Source of the DNA: Leucoraja ocellata
Lineage: Eukaryota
Direction: 5' to 3'
Length of the DNA stretch: 64,000 bases
Assembly: GCA_036785375.1 (NCBI GenBank)
Contig: JAWMAR010000710.1
Location: 310,001 to 374,000, forward strand
Shown: positions 25,568 through 37,485 of the stretch, piece after piece
Position numbering within the stretch: position 1 is the first letter of the stretch
Layout: every line of letters starts with the position of its first letter
The notes under the pieces: model-generated
What the model saw: only the letters and a program-made list of their open reading frames with translations
Database searches by the model: none
What the model was told of the DNA's origin: nothing
Program-made: the position numbers and the translations under genes

Positions 25568-27034
25568 CTGAGAAGCAGGAAGGAAGTGGGTCAAGAATTT
25601 AAATGTCGGCGTACAGATGAGTCGTTTCAGTCAAGGCAAACCGTGGTTTAAAATGTATCCAGAAACTGAACAATGTTGGATGTCCATTAAACTGATTTAT
25701 CACTTGTTCAATCAGCTTGGTCCATTTTAGATTTTACAAGTGCATACAAACTTTATTAATTTTGTTTTGTCTCCTTTATTTCCCCCGTAACTGAATGGAG
25801 GGTGTTTCTCACAGCTAAATGACCAGCATATGCCAGTTTACAACTGGTTTCCTAGTCAATCTAAATTAAATATTTATTTTCCTGTTTCGCCGACAACTTC
25901 CTGGGACCTTCTGAGAATATTTAATGTCCCTTCCATTCTGTTGCCTCTGTTCAGTGACTCAATAGCGAGGTCTAATTTAGTTCATACCATTTATCAAGTC
26001 ATCGTAAGTAATTGGATCAAAAATTTAAAGGCGGAGTTCAGATGAGTGATTTCGGACAAGGCAAACCGATAGCGGTTGAATATAGTCGTGAAATCCCAGA
26101 TTACAGAAGTGACAATATTCCAGTTACCAAGTCCACCGAGCAAATGTAATTTCCCCGTGTAATTGTGGGTGGCCAATTCTACAGTGGCCCAGGGTCAGGA
26201 GTTTCAAATTGGCTGTACTCAATACAACATTCACCCAACTACAGGCCTGTACGGAGCTTTTCAAAAAGGGGGGTGGCATGACAGGATTACAAAAAACTTA
26301 ATGTAAAACAATGTGCGTGCTGCGCACATCACGAGCGCGAAGCGTGAGGTCCCTCGATGCCAGGGTCCAGGGCCCTGGAAGCTCAGGGGTTTTAGATGCT
26401 CTCTGATCCATTCTGAACCTTATTTTAGAGCATTTTTGAACCAAATCTATGACCAATAGTTCAGAAATTAACAGGTATCTGAGAGGTAGCTTTTTCACAC
26501 AAAGGGTGCTGGGTTTATGTAACGAGCTGCCAGAGGAGGTAGTTAAGGCTGGGACTATCCTAATGTTTAAGAGGCATTTGGACACGTAAATGGATAGGAC
26601 AGGTTTAGATGGATATGGGCCAAACGCGTGTTAGTGGGACTAGTTTAATTGGACATGTCGGTCGGTGTGGACAAGTTGGGCTGAAGGGCCTGTTTCCACA
26701 CTGCATCATTCTATGACTAAAAAGTGACGAAGAAAAATGCATGTAGATAAGTTGAGCAGATTTGAAAGAGGAGTGAAATGTAAAGGCAGAGAGAGGTTTA
26801 TGGGTGGAAAGGAACATAGGAAAGGAGGGGAGGGAGAGTGGGCTTGGGCAGATGGGTGAAGGGAAAATAGTCACAAAGTGCTGGAGTAACTCAGTGGGTC
26901 AGGCAGCATCTGCAGAAAATATGAATAGGCGACGTTTCACAGAGTGCTGGAGTAACTCAGCAAGTCAGGCAGCATCTGTGGAGAACATGGATAGGTGACA
27001 TGTAACTGAGTGCTGGAGTAACTCAGTGGGTCAG

Positions 27035-28119
27035 ATTCAGATTCAGATTCAATTTTAATTGTCATTGTCAGTGTACAGTACAGAGACAACGAAATGCATT
27101 TAGCATCTCCCTTGAAGAGCGACATAGCAAACGATTCGAATAAAAAAAAAATAATAAGTGTCCGGGGGGGGGGGGGTGATTGGCAGTCACCGAGGTACGT
27201 TGTTTAGTAGAGTGACAGCCGCCGGAAAGAAGCTGTTCCTCGACCTGCTGGTTCGGCAACGGAGAGACCTGTAGCGCCTCCCGGATGGTAGGAGGGTAAA
27301 CAGTCCATGGTTGGGGTGAGAGCAGTCCTTGGCGATGCTGAGCGCCCTCCGCAGACAGCGCTTGCTTTGGACAGACTCAATGGAGGGGAGCGTGGAACCG
27401 GTGATGCGTTGGGCAATTTTCACCACCCTCTGCAATGCCTTCCGGTCGGAGACAGAGCAGTTGCCATACCATACTGTGATGCAGTTGGTAAGGATGCTCT
27501 CGATGGTGCAGCGGTAGAAGTTCACCAGGATCTGAGGAGACAGATGGACCTTCTTCAGTCTCCTCAGGAAGAAGAGACGCTGATGAGCCTTCTTGATCAG
27601 AGTAGAGGTATTGTGGGTCCAAGAGAGGTCATCGGAGATGTTGACTCCCAGGAACCTGAAGCTAGAAACACGTTCCACCTCCGTCCCGTTAATGTGGATG
27701 GGGGTGTGCGTGCCGCCTCTGGACTTCCTGAAGTCTACAATGAGCTCCTTGGTCTTCTTGGAGTTAAGGGCCAGGTTGTTGTCAGCGCACCATGCTGCTA
27801 AGTGCTGGACCTCCTCCCTGTAGGCCAGCTCATCGTTGTTGCTGATGAGGCCAATCACCGTTGTATCATCTGCATACTTGATGATGGTGTTAGTACCATG
27901 TACAGGTGTGCAGTCATAGGTGAAGAGGGAGTAGAGGAGGGGGCTCAGCACACAGCCCTGAGGAACGCCGGTGTTCAGGGTGAGGGTTGAAGAGGTGTGC
28001 TTGTCTAACCTCACAGACTGGGGTCTGTTGGTTAGAAAGTCCAGTATCCAGTTGCAGAGGGAGGGGTCGATGCCCAGGTTACCGAGTTTGGTGATCAGTT
28101 TTGATGGAATAATGGTGTT
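27035..28119 (-). mobile_element. Rex1/Babar-type LINE, 5'-truncated, RT C-terminal part open (27187-28014)
   Basis: [24 protein letters not shown] and [11 protein letters not shown] motifs; (GAATCT)n tail; absent from composite copy 2. Confidence 0.9.
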
Positions 28120-29589
28120 GCAGCATCTCTGGAGAAAAGGTATAGATTATATTTCAGGTCAAGACCGTTCTTCAGTAATATTCATGATGTGACATGCATA
28201 GACATTCCTGAATGTTACCCAAACCATTGTGAGCTACTTTGTTACGGTGCTTGCCCTCTCCTATAATGTCTCTGCTGCCTTGTGTGATGCAGGACAGGAC
28301 ACAAGCTTTGGGGCATGGTGTGAAGCTGTTGCCGTCTGTCCCAGCCTGGTAAAAACCTGGATGGAGTGGATTTGGAGAGGATCTTTCCACTAGTGGGAGA
28401 GTCTAGGACCAGTGGCCACAGCCTCAGAATTATAAGACATTCCTTTAGGAAGGAGATGAGCAGGAATTTCTTGTCAGAGGGTGGTGAACTGTGGAATTCA
28501 TTGCCACAGACAGTTGTGGAGGTCAAGTCAATGGACATTTTCAGGAGATGATTGATAGATTCTTGATTGATATGGGTGTCAGAGGTAATGGGGAGAAGGC
28601 AGGAGAATGGGTTTGAGATGGAAAGATAGAGTCATAGGGTGATACAGTGTGGAAACAGGCCCTTCGGCCCAGCATGTTCCATCTGCACTAGACCCACCTG
28701 CCCACGTTTGATCCATATCCCTCCGAACCTGTCCTATCCATGTACGTGACTAACTGTTTCTTAAATGTTGCGATAGTCCCTGCCTCAACTACCTCCTCTG
28801 GCAGCTTGTTCCATACACCTACCACCCTTTGTGTGAAAAACATACCCCACAGATTCCTATTAAATCTTTTGCCGTTCACCTTAAACTTATGTCCTCTGCT
28901 CCTCAATTCACTTACTCTGGGCAAAAGACTGAACCATATCTATTAAAATCATGATTCTATACACCTCTATTAGATCATCCCTCAACCTCCTGTGTTCCAT
29001 GAAATAGAGTCCCAGCCTACTCAACCTCTACCTATAGCTCTGGCCCTCTAATCCAGGCAACATCCTCATAAATCTTCACTGTACCCTTTCCAGTTTGATG
29101 ACATATTTCCTATAACATGGTGCCCAGAACTGAACACAATACTCTGAATGCGGCCTCACCAACTTCTTATGCAACTGCAACATGACCTCCCAACTTCTAT
29201 ACTCAGCCTGACCCGCTGAGTTACTCCAGCACTCTGTGAAACGTCACAGAACAGGGCAAGATTAGCAAATATGCTGATGATACAGAAGTGAGTGGTTTTG
29301 CAGATAGTGAAGATGGTTGTGAAAGATTGCAGCTGGATCTGGATCAATTAGCCAGGTGGACAGAGGAATGGTTGATGGTTGCATGGTTCCTTGAAGGTCG
29401 TGTCGCAGGTATATCAGGTGGTCAAAAAGTATTTTGGCACTTTGGCCTTCATCAGTCAGAGTATTGAGTATAGAGGTTGTGAGGTCATGTTGCAGTTGTA
29501 TAAGACGTTGGTGGGACCGCATTTAGAATATTGTGTTCAGTTCTGGGCACCATGTTATAGGAAAGATATCAAACTGAAAAGAGTACAGA

Positions 29590-30705
29590 TATCCCCATCC
29601 TGGATCATTCCAATCAGGGTTGTGTCATCCGCAAACTTGAGAAGCTTGACAGAGGTGTCTGTGGAGGTGCAGTCATTGGTGTGGCGAGAGTAGAGTAGAG
29701 GAGAGGGGAGAGTACGCATCTTGCGGTGCTCCTATGCTGAGCATTTGCATGTCCAAGATATGCTTTCCCGCCTCACATGCTGCTTCCTGTCTGTCAGAAA
29801 GCTGGTGATCCACCGACAGAGGGGTTCAGGCACAGTCAACTCAGAAAGTTTGGAGCGTAGTAGCTCTGGCACAATGGTGTTGAATGCAGAGCTAAAATCA
29901 ATAAAACAAAATCCTCGCATAGGTCCCCTGGCAGTCTAGGTGCTGGAGGATGAAGTGCACGCCCAGATTGACTGCGTCATCCACAGATCTAATGGCCCAA
30001 TATGCAAAATGTAGATGGTCCAGCAGAGGGATTGTGATATTTTTCAGCTTGGCCAGCACAAGCCTTTCAACGGTCTTCATGACTACAGAGGTCAGTGTGA
30101 CAAGCCTGTAGTCATTAAGACCAGTAATCCTTACCTTTTGGGTACAGAGACAATTGTGGAAACTTTAAAGCAGGCAGGGACAGTGTATATTTGCAGGTTA
30201 AAAATGAGTAATTGGGTGTGAAGTGGTGATTGGAGTGGGGTGAGTGTAGAAGGGCCCAGTCTTTGCAGACTGAGGTCAGGCTGTGGGTGTGTGTGAAGTG
30301 TTGGTTTGGGTGGGAAATGGTCCACTCTTACCATACTAGAGTCTTGCCTTAAGTAGGTGTGAAGTGGTGAATGGGAAGGAGAGAGTGCAGGGTCCATTCT
30401 TTGCAAACTGGGGTCTGGCTGTATTTGTTGGGGAAGGGGTACCAGGGTTACGTTTCTGATTTTCAAACCTGCAGTAAAACTCATTCAGGTCATTCGTCAG
30501 CTGATGATTGCACAAAGAGCGGGGGCTTACCTCTTACAGCTGGTGATTTTCTTGCATGCCCTTTCAAACTGAAGATGAGTCATTAGCTGAGAACTTGCTC
30601 CTCAACTTGTCATAGTACCTTTATTTGGCAGCTCTGATTCCTCTTCTCAGCTCTTTATCGATTAGGCTAGCTTTTAACTCTTTAACGATTAGGCTATCGG
30701 CTTGA
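29590..30705 (-). mobile_element. Decayed Rex1/Babar RT fragment (counterpart at ~39728-40750)
   Basis: VPACFKVSTIVSVPK, RSVDDAV and [11 protein letters not shown] motifs with frameshifts. Confidence 0.8.
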
Positions 30706-30720
30706 CGCTTATTTGCCCCC

Positions 30721-30754
<34 letters not shown>

Positions 30755-31184
30755 ATCTCGAAAAAGAAATGTTACATCTGTATATAATGATCCCATTAAA
30801 ATGTGTATTTATGTCACAAACTATGGAATTCATTTTGTATTGTTACCAAGGAAAAGAAAGCAGTTCCAATTGTTTGATATTATTTGATATTTTTTAATAT
30901 TATTCATATGGAGAAAATATTATAGCTCTAAAACCTACCTTAATTTTGCAATCTCACTAAAGATAATCCCCCTCTCTCTCTCCCCTCCCCTCCCCATCTC
31001 TCTCTCTCCCCTCCCTTCCCCTCTCTCTCCCCCCCTCCCCCTCTCACATTCATTTTTGTATTGTTATCAAGGAAAAGAAAGCAGTTCCAATTGTTTGATA
31101 TTATTTGATATTGTTTAATATTATTCATATGGAGGGGGGGGGGGTACGAAGATGATGTGGCGCGGGCAAAGCGGGCGGGGGGAT

Positions 31185-31530
31185 GAATGTGGCGTGGGCC
31201 CAGCGGGGGTGGTGTGGGCCCAGTGGTGGTCAGCGAGGTTGGCATGGACCCAGCAGGGTGGTGTGGGCCCAGCAGGGTTGCGAAGACCCAGCGGGGGACA
31301 GCAGGGATGGCCTGGACCCAGCAGGGGGTGGCGTTGGCACAGCGGGTGGCATGGGCCCATTGGGTTGGCATGGGCCCAGCGGGGGTGGCGTGGGCCCAGC
31401 AGGGTGGCATGGGCCCATTGGGGTTGGCATGGGCCCAGCGGGGGTGGCGTGGGCCCAGCGGGGGTGGCGTGAGCCCAGCGGGGGTGGCGTGAGCCCAGCG
31501 GGGATGTGAGGGGAAGATGGCTTGGGCCCC
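31185..31530. repeat. GC-rich ~20-bp minisatellite (GGGCCCAGCGGGGGTGGCGT)n, short array
   Basis: Tandem units visible directly; they generate spurious Pro/Gly/Trp-rich ORFs. Confidence 0.92.
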
Positions 31531-31817
31531 GGTGGCGAGGGGAGCGGGCACCGCCACAGCGGTGTCCGGTGTTGGGGTTACAGCCGATCAGTTCAGATTC
31601 AGCCACTCCCACCCGGCGACGGGAGAACAGAGAACTGGCCGTTTCCAAAGTGGAAACGATTTATTTTCCCCGTTTTTTTTGGTGATTTTTTTCTTAGGGG
31701 GAAAAAGGGTGGTGCGGTCGCACCCAACGCACCCCCCCTTCGAACGGCCATGTAACTACCAATTTACTGATCCTTTGCGTAAACCAGCACGTCATTTCCA
31801 AACAGAGATTGCACAAA

Positions 31818-31905
31818 ATGAGGCCAAGGTTTCTCTGCGACTGTTTGCCAATTGGTTTGATGTTCGGTTTCTTTGTTTTACTGCTGTGACCTGTTTCCAC
31901 ACAGA
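31818..31905 (+). pseudogene. Leader (signal peptide) exon with premature stop: MRPRFLCDCLPIGLMFGFFVLLL*PVSTQ
   Basis: Hydrophobic leader, phase-1 donor CAGA|GTAAGT at 31906, and clear homology to the - strand leader at 1978-2065, which has CGA where this copy has TGA. Confidence 0.8.
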
Positions 31906-32009
31906 GTAAGTGCTTTCTCTTCACCGGTCACAATCACCTTGCAGTATGTTATCATTGTCCGCGTAAACCCGCAACCCATTGTCAATCTCGCTTTATTCTC
32001 CACGTCCCT

Positions 32010-32420
32010 GAATGTGCTGCTGCCTCACAAATCCACGCCATTCCTTGCTGGAGCTCCATTTCTGAGCCCCTCCCATCAGCCTCTCCTTCTCAAGCACTGA
32101 CACGGTCCTTATCAAAGTCAGAAATGCCTCCTGTGAGATTGTTGCAGAGTTAAACTCTCCCTCCCCATCCCGCTCAGCCTCTGTAGCCTTTGACACGATT
32201 GTCCACACCATCCTCCCCCAACACCTTCCCACCACAGTGCAGGCTGGTGGAACTGCCCTCGACTTATCGATCCAGTCACAGCCCGAGAACCACGCGCAAT
32301 GTCTTCACTTCAATCTCCTGCAAAGTTCCTTCAAAACCGGGTGGAGCTCCTCCACTACCACACCTCAAACCCCTATCCCCACCTCCGGCCCCCTGCCACT
32401 CTCTCCTCTTGTGTGATTAA
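32010..32420 (+). mobile_element. Highly decayed L2-like RT fragment
   Basis: Residual ...AFDTIVHTIL... and T(V)LIKVRN-like motifs. Confidence 0.45.
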
Positions 32421-33142
32421 ATATGCCTGGATCAGGCCAGGAAAATGTGCAGATGCCCCTGTGTATCGTGACCCTTCTTTAGTTGCGAATGGTCATCTGT
32501 CCATTTACTTCCACAGATTCCTGATCCACAAATTCCCTCCAACAGTTTGCTCTTTGCTCGTGTTTCCAGCATCTGCAAACTCTTGGGCCTCCACATCTTC
32601 TCCCTTATCTATTCTACATGGTACATCACAATAATCTCCAATAGATTTGTTTGCCATGATATCGCTTACATAAATTCAAAAAGACATTCTCTTATCGCAT
32701 AAATTATTTTTAAATATCCAAAACTGTTTTGGAACCCGGAAACACCAAACCAGGTTGGAAATTGAAATATTTTCATCCAGCATGTATCAAACAGGAAATT
32801 TAATATGTGGAAAAGATAAAGAGCTGTCATTTAGTCGAGAGAAACACCACTATTTTATTTTTTAATCAGTGGGAAGTAGCAAATATATATTTTTAAATTA
32901 TGCTTTTTTGGTCAAGACATCAACAATGTAATAGTTAGTTACTGTCCTTATAATAAATGATATTTTCAGCACACGTACTCCATGTCTGTCTCAAAGTATT
33001 TTTAAACCAATTACATAAATAGAATTATACGGAATTACATTTAAATATAAAGGGTAAATAGAGAAGTTGGTTTCTGAAGATAACATCAGCGTAAAAGAGG
33101 CAGGATCTGAGTTAGGCTCTGTTTACACTTCAAACTCAGCAA

Positions 33143-33342
33143 NNNNNNNNNNNNNNNNNNNNNNNNNNNNNNNNNNNNNNNNNNNNNNNNNNNNNNNNNN
33201 NNNNNNNNNNNNNNNNNNNNNNNNNNNNNNNNNNNNNNNNNNNNNNNNNNNNNNNNNNNNNNNNNNNNNNNNNNNNNNNNNNNNNNNNNNNNNNNNNNNN
33301 NNNNNNNNNNNNNNNNNNNNNNNNNNNNNNNNNNNNNNNNNN
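33143..33342. other. Assembly gap (200 N)
   Basis: Run of N. The round size suggests the true length is unknown. Confidence 0.99.
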
Positions 33343-33699
33343 ACATTTTATTTGGCAGAATATTAAAGAGTTCTGTGAACAGCTGGGCATCCAGCAGCCA
33401 TTACATTGTGTATACATATTTTGTATATAAAAGGGGACACCACATGGATCGGGGCCGATCTTCTGGGGTAACACTTGGGACTGTGCTGACCATCTGGAGG
33501 TGTCAATTTGTATGAGGCTGAAGTGCTTGGATGCGTAGAGACAAGGATCGGACCCACAGTGTTGGTTAGGTATTGTATAGGAATTTTGTTTGTGATTGAG
33601 AATAAAGAAGTTTAGTTGATCCAGGGGTGAGATTTAGGAGCATAATTGACTAACGTTGCGTTGACTAACGGGGTGAGATTTAGCAGCATAATTACAAAG

Positions 33700-34082
33700 T
33701 AAGCATGCAGGTACAGTAGACAGTGAAGAAAGCAAATGGTATTTTGGCCTTCATAGCAAGATGATTTGAATAGAGGAGAATAGAAATCGTACTGCAGTTG
33801 GACAGGGCCCTGGTGAGACCGCACCTAAAGTATTGTGTGCAGTTTTGGTCTCCTAGTTTGAGAAAGGACATTCTTCTTATCGAGGGTGTGCAGAGTAAGT
33901 TCACCAGATTAATTCCTTAGATGGCGGGACTGACGTATGATGAAAGAATGGATCGACTGGGCATATGTTCACTGAAATTTAGAAGGATGAGAGGGTATCT
34001 TATGGAAACATATAAAGTTGTGAAGGGATTGGACAGGCTAGATGCAGGAAAAATGTTCCCCATGTTCGGGGAGTCCAGAACC
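33700..34082 (+). mobile_element. CR1 3' RT fragment
   Basis: MAGLTYDERMDRLG...ETYKVVKGLDRLDAG. Confidence 0.85.
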
Positions 34083-34195
34083 AGCTTCCCAGCTGATATC
34101 CCAGAGCCGGGGGTTTGTTCCTGTGCAAACACAGAACATCTGTATCTCAGCATCTGTGGAAATCTAATTATTTGTTCCCTGACCCTCTCTTGCAG

Positions 34196-34522
34196 ATTTA
34201 CACAACAAGACGTACACAGTTTATCGCTCAGTCACGGGTCACAGCGAACTCGACCTGATTTGTGAAGCTTCTCCTCAGCTCAGTGAAACCAAATGGACTT
34301 GGAGATCACGTTTCCAGAATAAAGAGAAGTCTACTCTCAGGTCTGAGCCGATCCATGTCAACAGGAGCTACTTTGGGAACCGACTGGAAACCACAGAGGG
34401 AAATGTGAATGACAAGAATCTCCGTGTGAGGATTGTCCCCGTGCAGTTCGAAGATGCTGGAGTTTACACATGTTCCACGGGATCAAATAAATATGTGACC
34501 ATTGAACTAATCACAGTTACAG
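34196..34522 (+). CDS. IgV-set domain exon (D3-like): DLHNKTYTVYRSVTGHSELDLICEASPQLSETKWTWRSR...RVRIVPVQFEDAGVYTCSTGSNKYVTIELITVT
   Basis: Acceptor ctctcttgcag, donor AG|GTAGGA, 327 nt, phase 1-1, open frame. B-strand Cys, C-strand Trp and D-x-G-x-Y-x-C motif are all present. Confidence 0.9.
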
Positions 34523-35334
34523 GTAGGAGACTGGATGTTACTACTTTCAATAATTAAGTTACTGGTGTAGAGTTTCCAATCTGAGTACAGACTGCAATGT
34601 CAGCAGAAATTCCCTAGTTTGAATAATTATTTTATATCCAGAGCTTCCTATTCAACTTATTTGTAATTTGCTGAACTCAAAAGCTGCCTTAAACCAACGT
34701 TATTGGGAAGCACATCAAAATGTTGTTTTCATTTATTTTGCGGAAAACGCATTCTGTTTTATACATAAGAGAGGGAATATGATGAAATGTGATTCACATA
34801 GGTGCAAATGAGCTTCTATCGAAAATATTTTAAAAATTCTTCAACTTCTCTTAACACGTTCCCCAAGTTTCTTTGACCCCAAATGACCCATCCTAATTTT
34901 TGAAGGCTCACTGGAGGCTGAATGTATTTTGCGGAATTGATCAATTAATTTTCACCTGGATGAGTGTTATGGCCAGCAACGTGGCCAGTGGCAATGTTAT
35001 GGCCAGCTCTGTTGCCAGAGACTATGTTGTGGGCAGTGGTTGCTCTTAGTATGATGAATGATCATGGAAAATACACTTGGAGAGGTACATGGATGGGAAA
35101 AGGTGCAGAGGGATATGGGCCAAATGTGGGAAAATATTTTAGATGGAGCATCTTGGACGATTTGGGCTGAATGGACCGAATTGTTTTCATGCTGTATGAC
35201 TCTATGACTCTAACTCTTGTCGTGCAATATAATTTTACACACTTAGATCGTCAGATACTGGTGCCAAAGTACTGGGAATAACACAAGACAATCCAGACAA
35301 AATTCATTGTTTTACGATTTTCTTCTTTCCACAG

Positions 35335-35604
35335 TCACAACTGAACCATCTGGTGCAGTAACTGAGGGAAGAAACATTGCACTGACCTGCTCTGTGTCTC
35401 ATGTCACTGAGCCAATTAGACTGGTTTGGATCAACGATGAAGGCAAAGTTGTAGAGGAGAAAAATCTCATGCAAACAAAGCAGAAGGACAATTTTTTGCA
35501 GCTGATTATTGCAAAAGTTGATGGAGTAAGAAGGAACTGGACATGTGTTTTGTTTCATCAAAGCACAGCCAAGGTTTTCATTCCATATTATCTGCAGTTT
35601 AAAA
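35335..35604 (+). CDS. IgC2-set domain exon (D4-like) with WTC F-strand motif
   Basis: Acceptor ttctttccacag, donor A|GTAAGT, 270 nt, phase 1-1. Sequence VTTEPSGAVTEGRNIALTCSVS...LVWIN...LQLII...NWTCVLF; overlaps ORF 35307-35633. Confidence 0.9.
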
Positions 35605-36625
35605 GTAAGTGTCTTAGTTCCTGCTCTTCGTGATCGCGACACAGAGGTCTTGTCACTTGTTGCTATTCTTTTCGGATAACTTTTAACATTCCATGTCTTA
35701 CTGCAAGTAGAGCTCAATCATAGACATTTCCTTCAAACCTTTTGTCCATGCCTATAAGGTCACTTCTATTATAAGTAGTCCAGATCCCTGAAGCACATGG
35801 GAACACATGGATCACTACTGCTGGCAGACCACTGACCAAGACCTGTGTTGGTGATCTCATTGAAGGTGATCGTGAATTTCATCATCAATGTCTGTCCTTG
35901 TTGATAAGTGTCTCCAAAGGTATGAAAACTAGTCGTAGTATGGAAACCAGTGTGTCACTGTGAACCTTTTTGTCAAAGGTCAGTATAGTATAGTGGGCAC
36001 AGGCCCGTACGAAGCTTTCCAAACAGGGAGGTGGCATGACAGGATTACAAAAAATTTAATGTGAAATAGTGTGTGCACTGCGCAAATCATGAGCGTGAAG
36101 CATGAAGTCCCTCGATGCCCGGGCCCAAGGCTGTAGCTCTGTAGTTTTAGATGCTCTCTGATGCATTCCGAGCCTTATTTTGGAGCATTTTGGCACCAAA
36201 TCTTTGACCAATATTTCAGAAATTAACAGGAATCTGAGAGGTAGCTTTTTCACACAAAGGGTGCTGGGTGTATGTAACGAGCTGCCAGAGGAGGTAGTTA
36301 AGGCTGGGACTATTCTAATGTTTAAGAGTGCACGGATAGGACAGATTTAGATGGATACTAGACTAAGTGCACATGTACTAGACCATGTACACATGGGAGG
36401 GCTGGTCCCCAAATGCAAAATTCCACCTCTCCACCAATTCCAATATTTCTGGAGTGCTGGTATGGGTGTTGTTGGCTGCAGGGACTACAGGTCTCCAGAG
36501 GGCTAGTATGGATATTGTGGGTCAAATGGATTATTGCGGTGGCAGCTCAGTCCCTCAAGCCTGATGTGCTGGCAGCTCACTCACGGCTGGTGGGCTGGCA
36601 GTTGACTCACGGCTATTCCTTGAAA

Positions 36626-36885
36626 TTCCATTTCAAGCAGAGTGCAAAGCCACCAAATTCGAATCCATTTTCCTACCATTTCAAGCAGGGTGCAAGGCCA
36701 CCGAATTCAAATGCAATTTCCAACGACTTCAAGCCGGGTGCAAAGCCACCAAATTCAAGTGCAGTATCATACCACTTCAAGCAGGGTGCAAGGTCACCAA
36801 ATTTAAATGCAGTTTCATACGATTTTATGCAGGGTGCAAGGCCACCACATTCAAATGCAGTTTCATACCATTTCAAGCTGGGTGA
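36626..36885. repeat. 48-bp tandem repeat, ~5.3 copies, inside the Helitron
   Basis: The ttcaagcagggtgcaaggccacc unit recurs at 36632, 36680, 36728, 36776, 36824 and 36872. Confidence 0.92.
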
Positions 36886-37276
36886 AACCATCTTAAAACC
36901 ACCATAAAGCCACACAAAACACCATACTCACAGTTCAATAGACATTTAGTATGTTCAGTTGATTCACAGCTCAGACAGAGTTGTGACCTTTCCCTCCCCC
37001 ATCATGCAGAGACTGAGCAACACCCACACTTCCGGGTTTTATAATCCCTCCCCCTCCCACCGGAAAATATGTGGCCTTCATGGCATGATTGACAGGAGAG
37101 AGATTCTCAACATTTTTTAAACACTAATAACACTTTTAGTTTTCATTGATGGGAAGAATCCTCTGCACCTGATGAGCAGAGGGAGGCTGATTAAGATGGC
37201 CAAAAATCACAGCCGTAAGTGGTAGCATTGTATCTAAAATCTATATAGTGCAAACAGGAAGTTGTCAAGTTTAGCC

Positions 37277-37485
37277 AAACAACAATTTGCAGTGCCTTTT
37301 TACTTCAACCCAACGCCCCCCCCCAAACAACCATTTGCAGTGCCTTTTTACTTCAACCAAACCCCCCCCCCAAACACCCATTTGCAGTGCCTTTTTACTT
37401 CAACCCAAACCCCCCCAAACAACCATTTGCAGTGCCTTTTTACTTCAAACCCCAAACCCCCCAAACAACCATTTGCACTTCAAAC
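37277..37485. repeat. ~47-bp tandem repeat, ~4.5 copies, inside the Helitron
   Basis: aaacaaccatttgcagtgcctttttacttcaac-Cn unit repeated. Confidence 0.9.

Larger units (their letters stand above)
26242..31752. mobile_element. Composite non-autonomous TIR DNA transposon, copy 1 (5.5 kb)
   Basis: Imperfect TIRs CAGGCCTGTACG.../...CGAACGGCCATG and flanking repeat caacta/taacta. The empty site is preserved in the - strand paralog (caacta|tcaatttactgatc). Confidence 0.75.

Noticed and set aside
33067-33474. ORFs spanning N runs (also 62327-63012)
   Set aside because: Artifacts of translating assembly gaps.
36413-36907. 164-aa ORF with a 16-aa repeat (HFKQGARPPNSNAVSY)
   Set aside because: Translation of the 48-bp array inside a non-autonomous Helitron; no evidence of a gene.
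36626-37485. Regularly spaced repeats that could suggest a CRISPR-like array (also 45671-45850)
   Set aside because: Units are tandem without unique spacers, there are no cas genes, and the context is eukaryotic.
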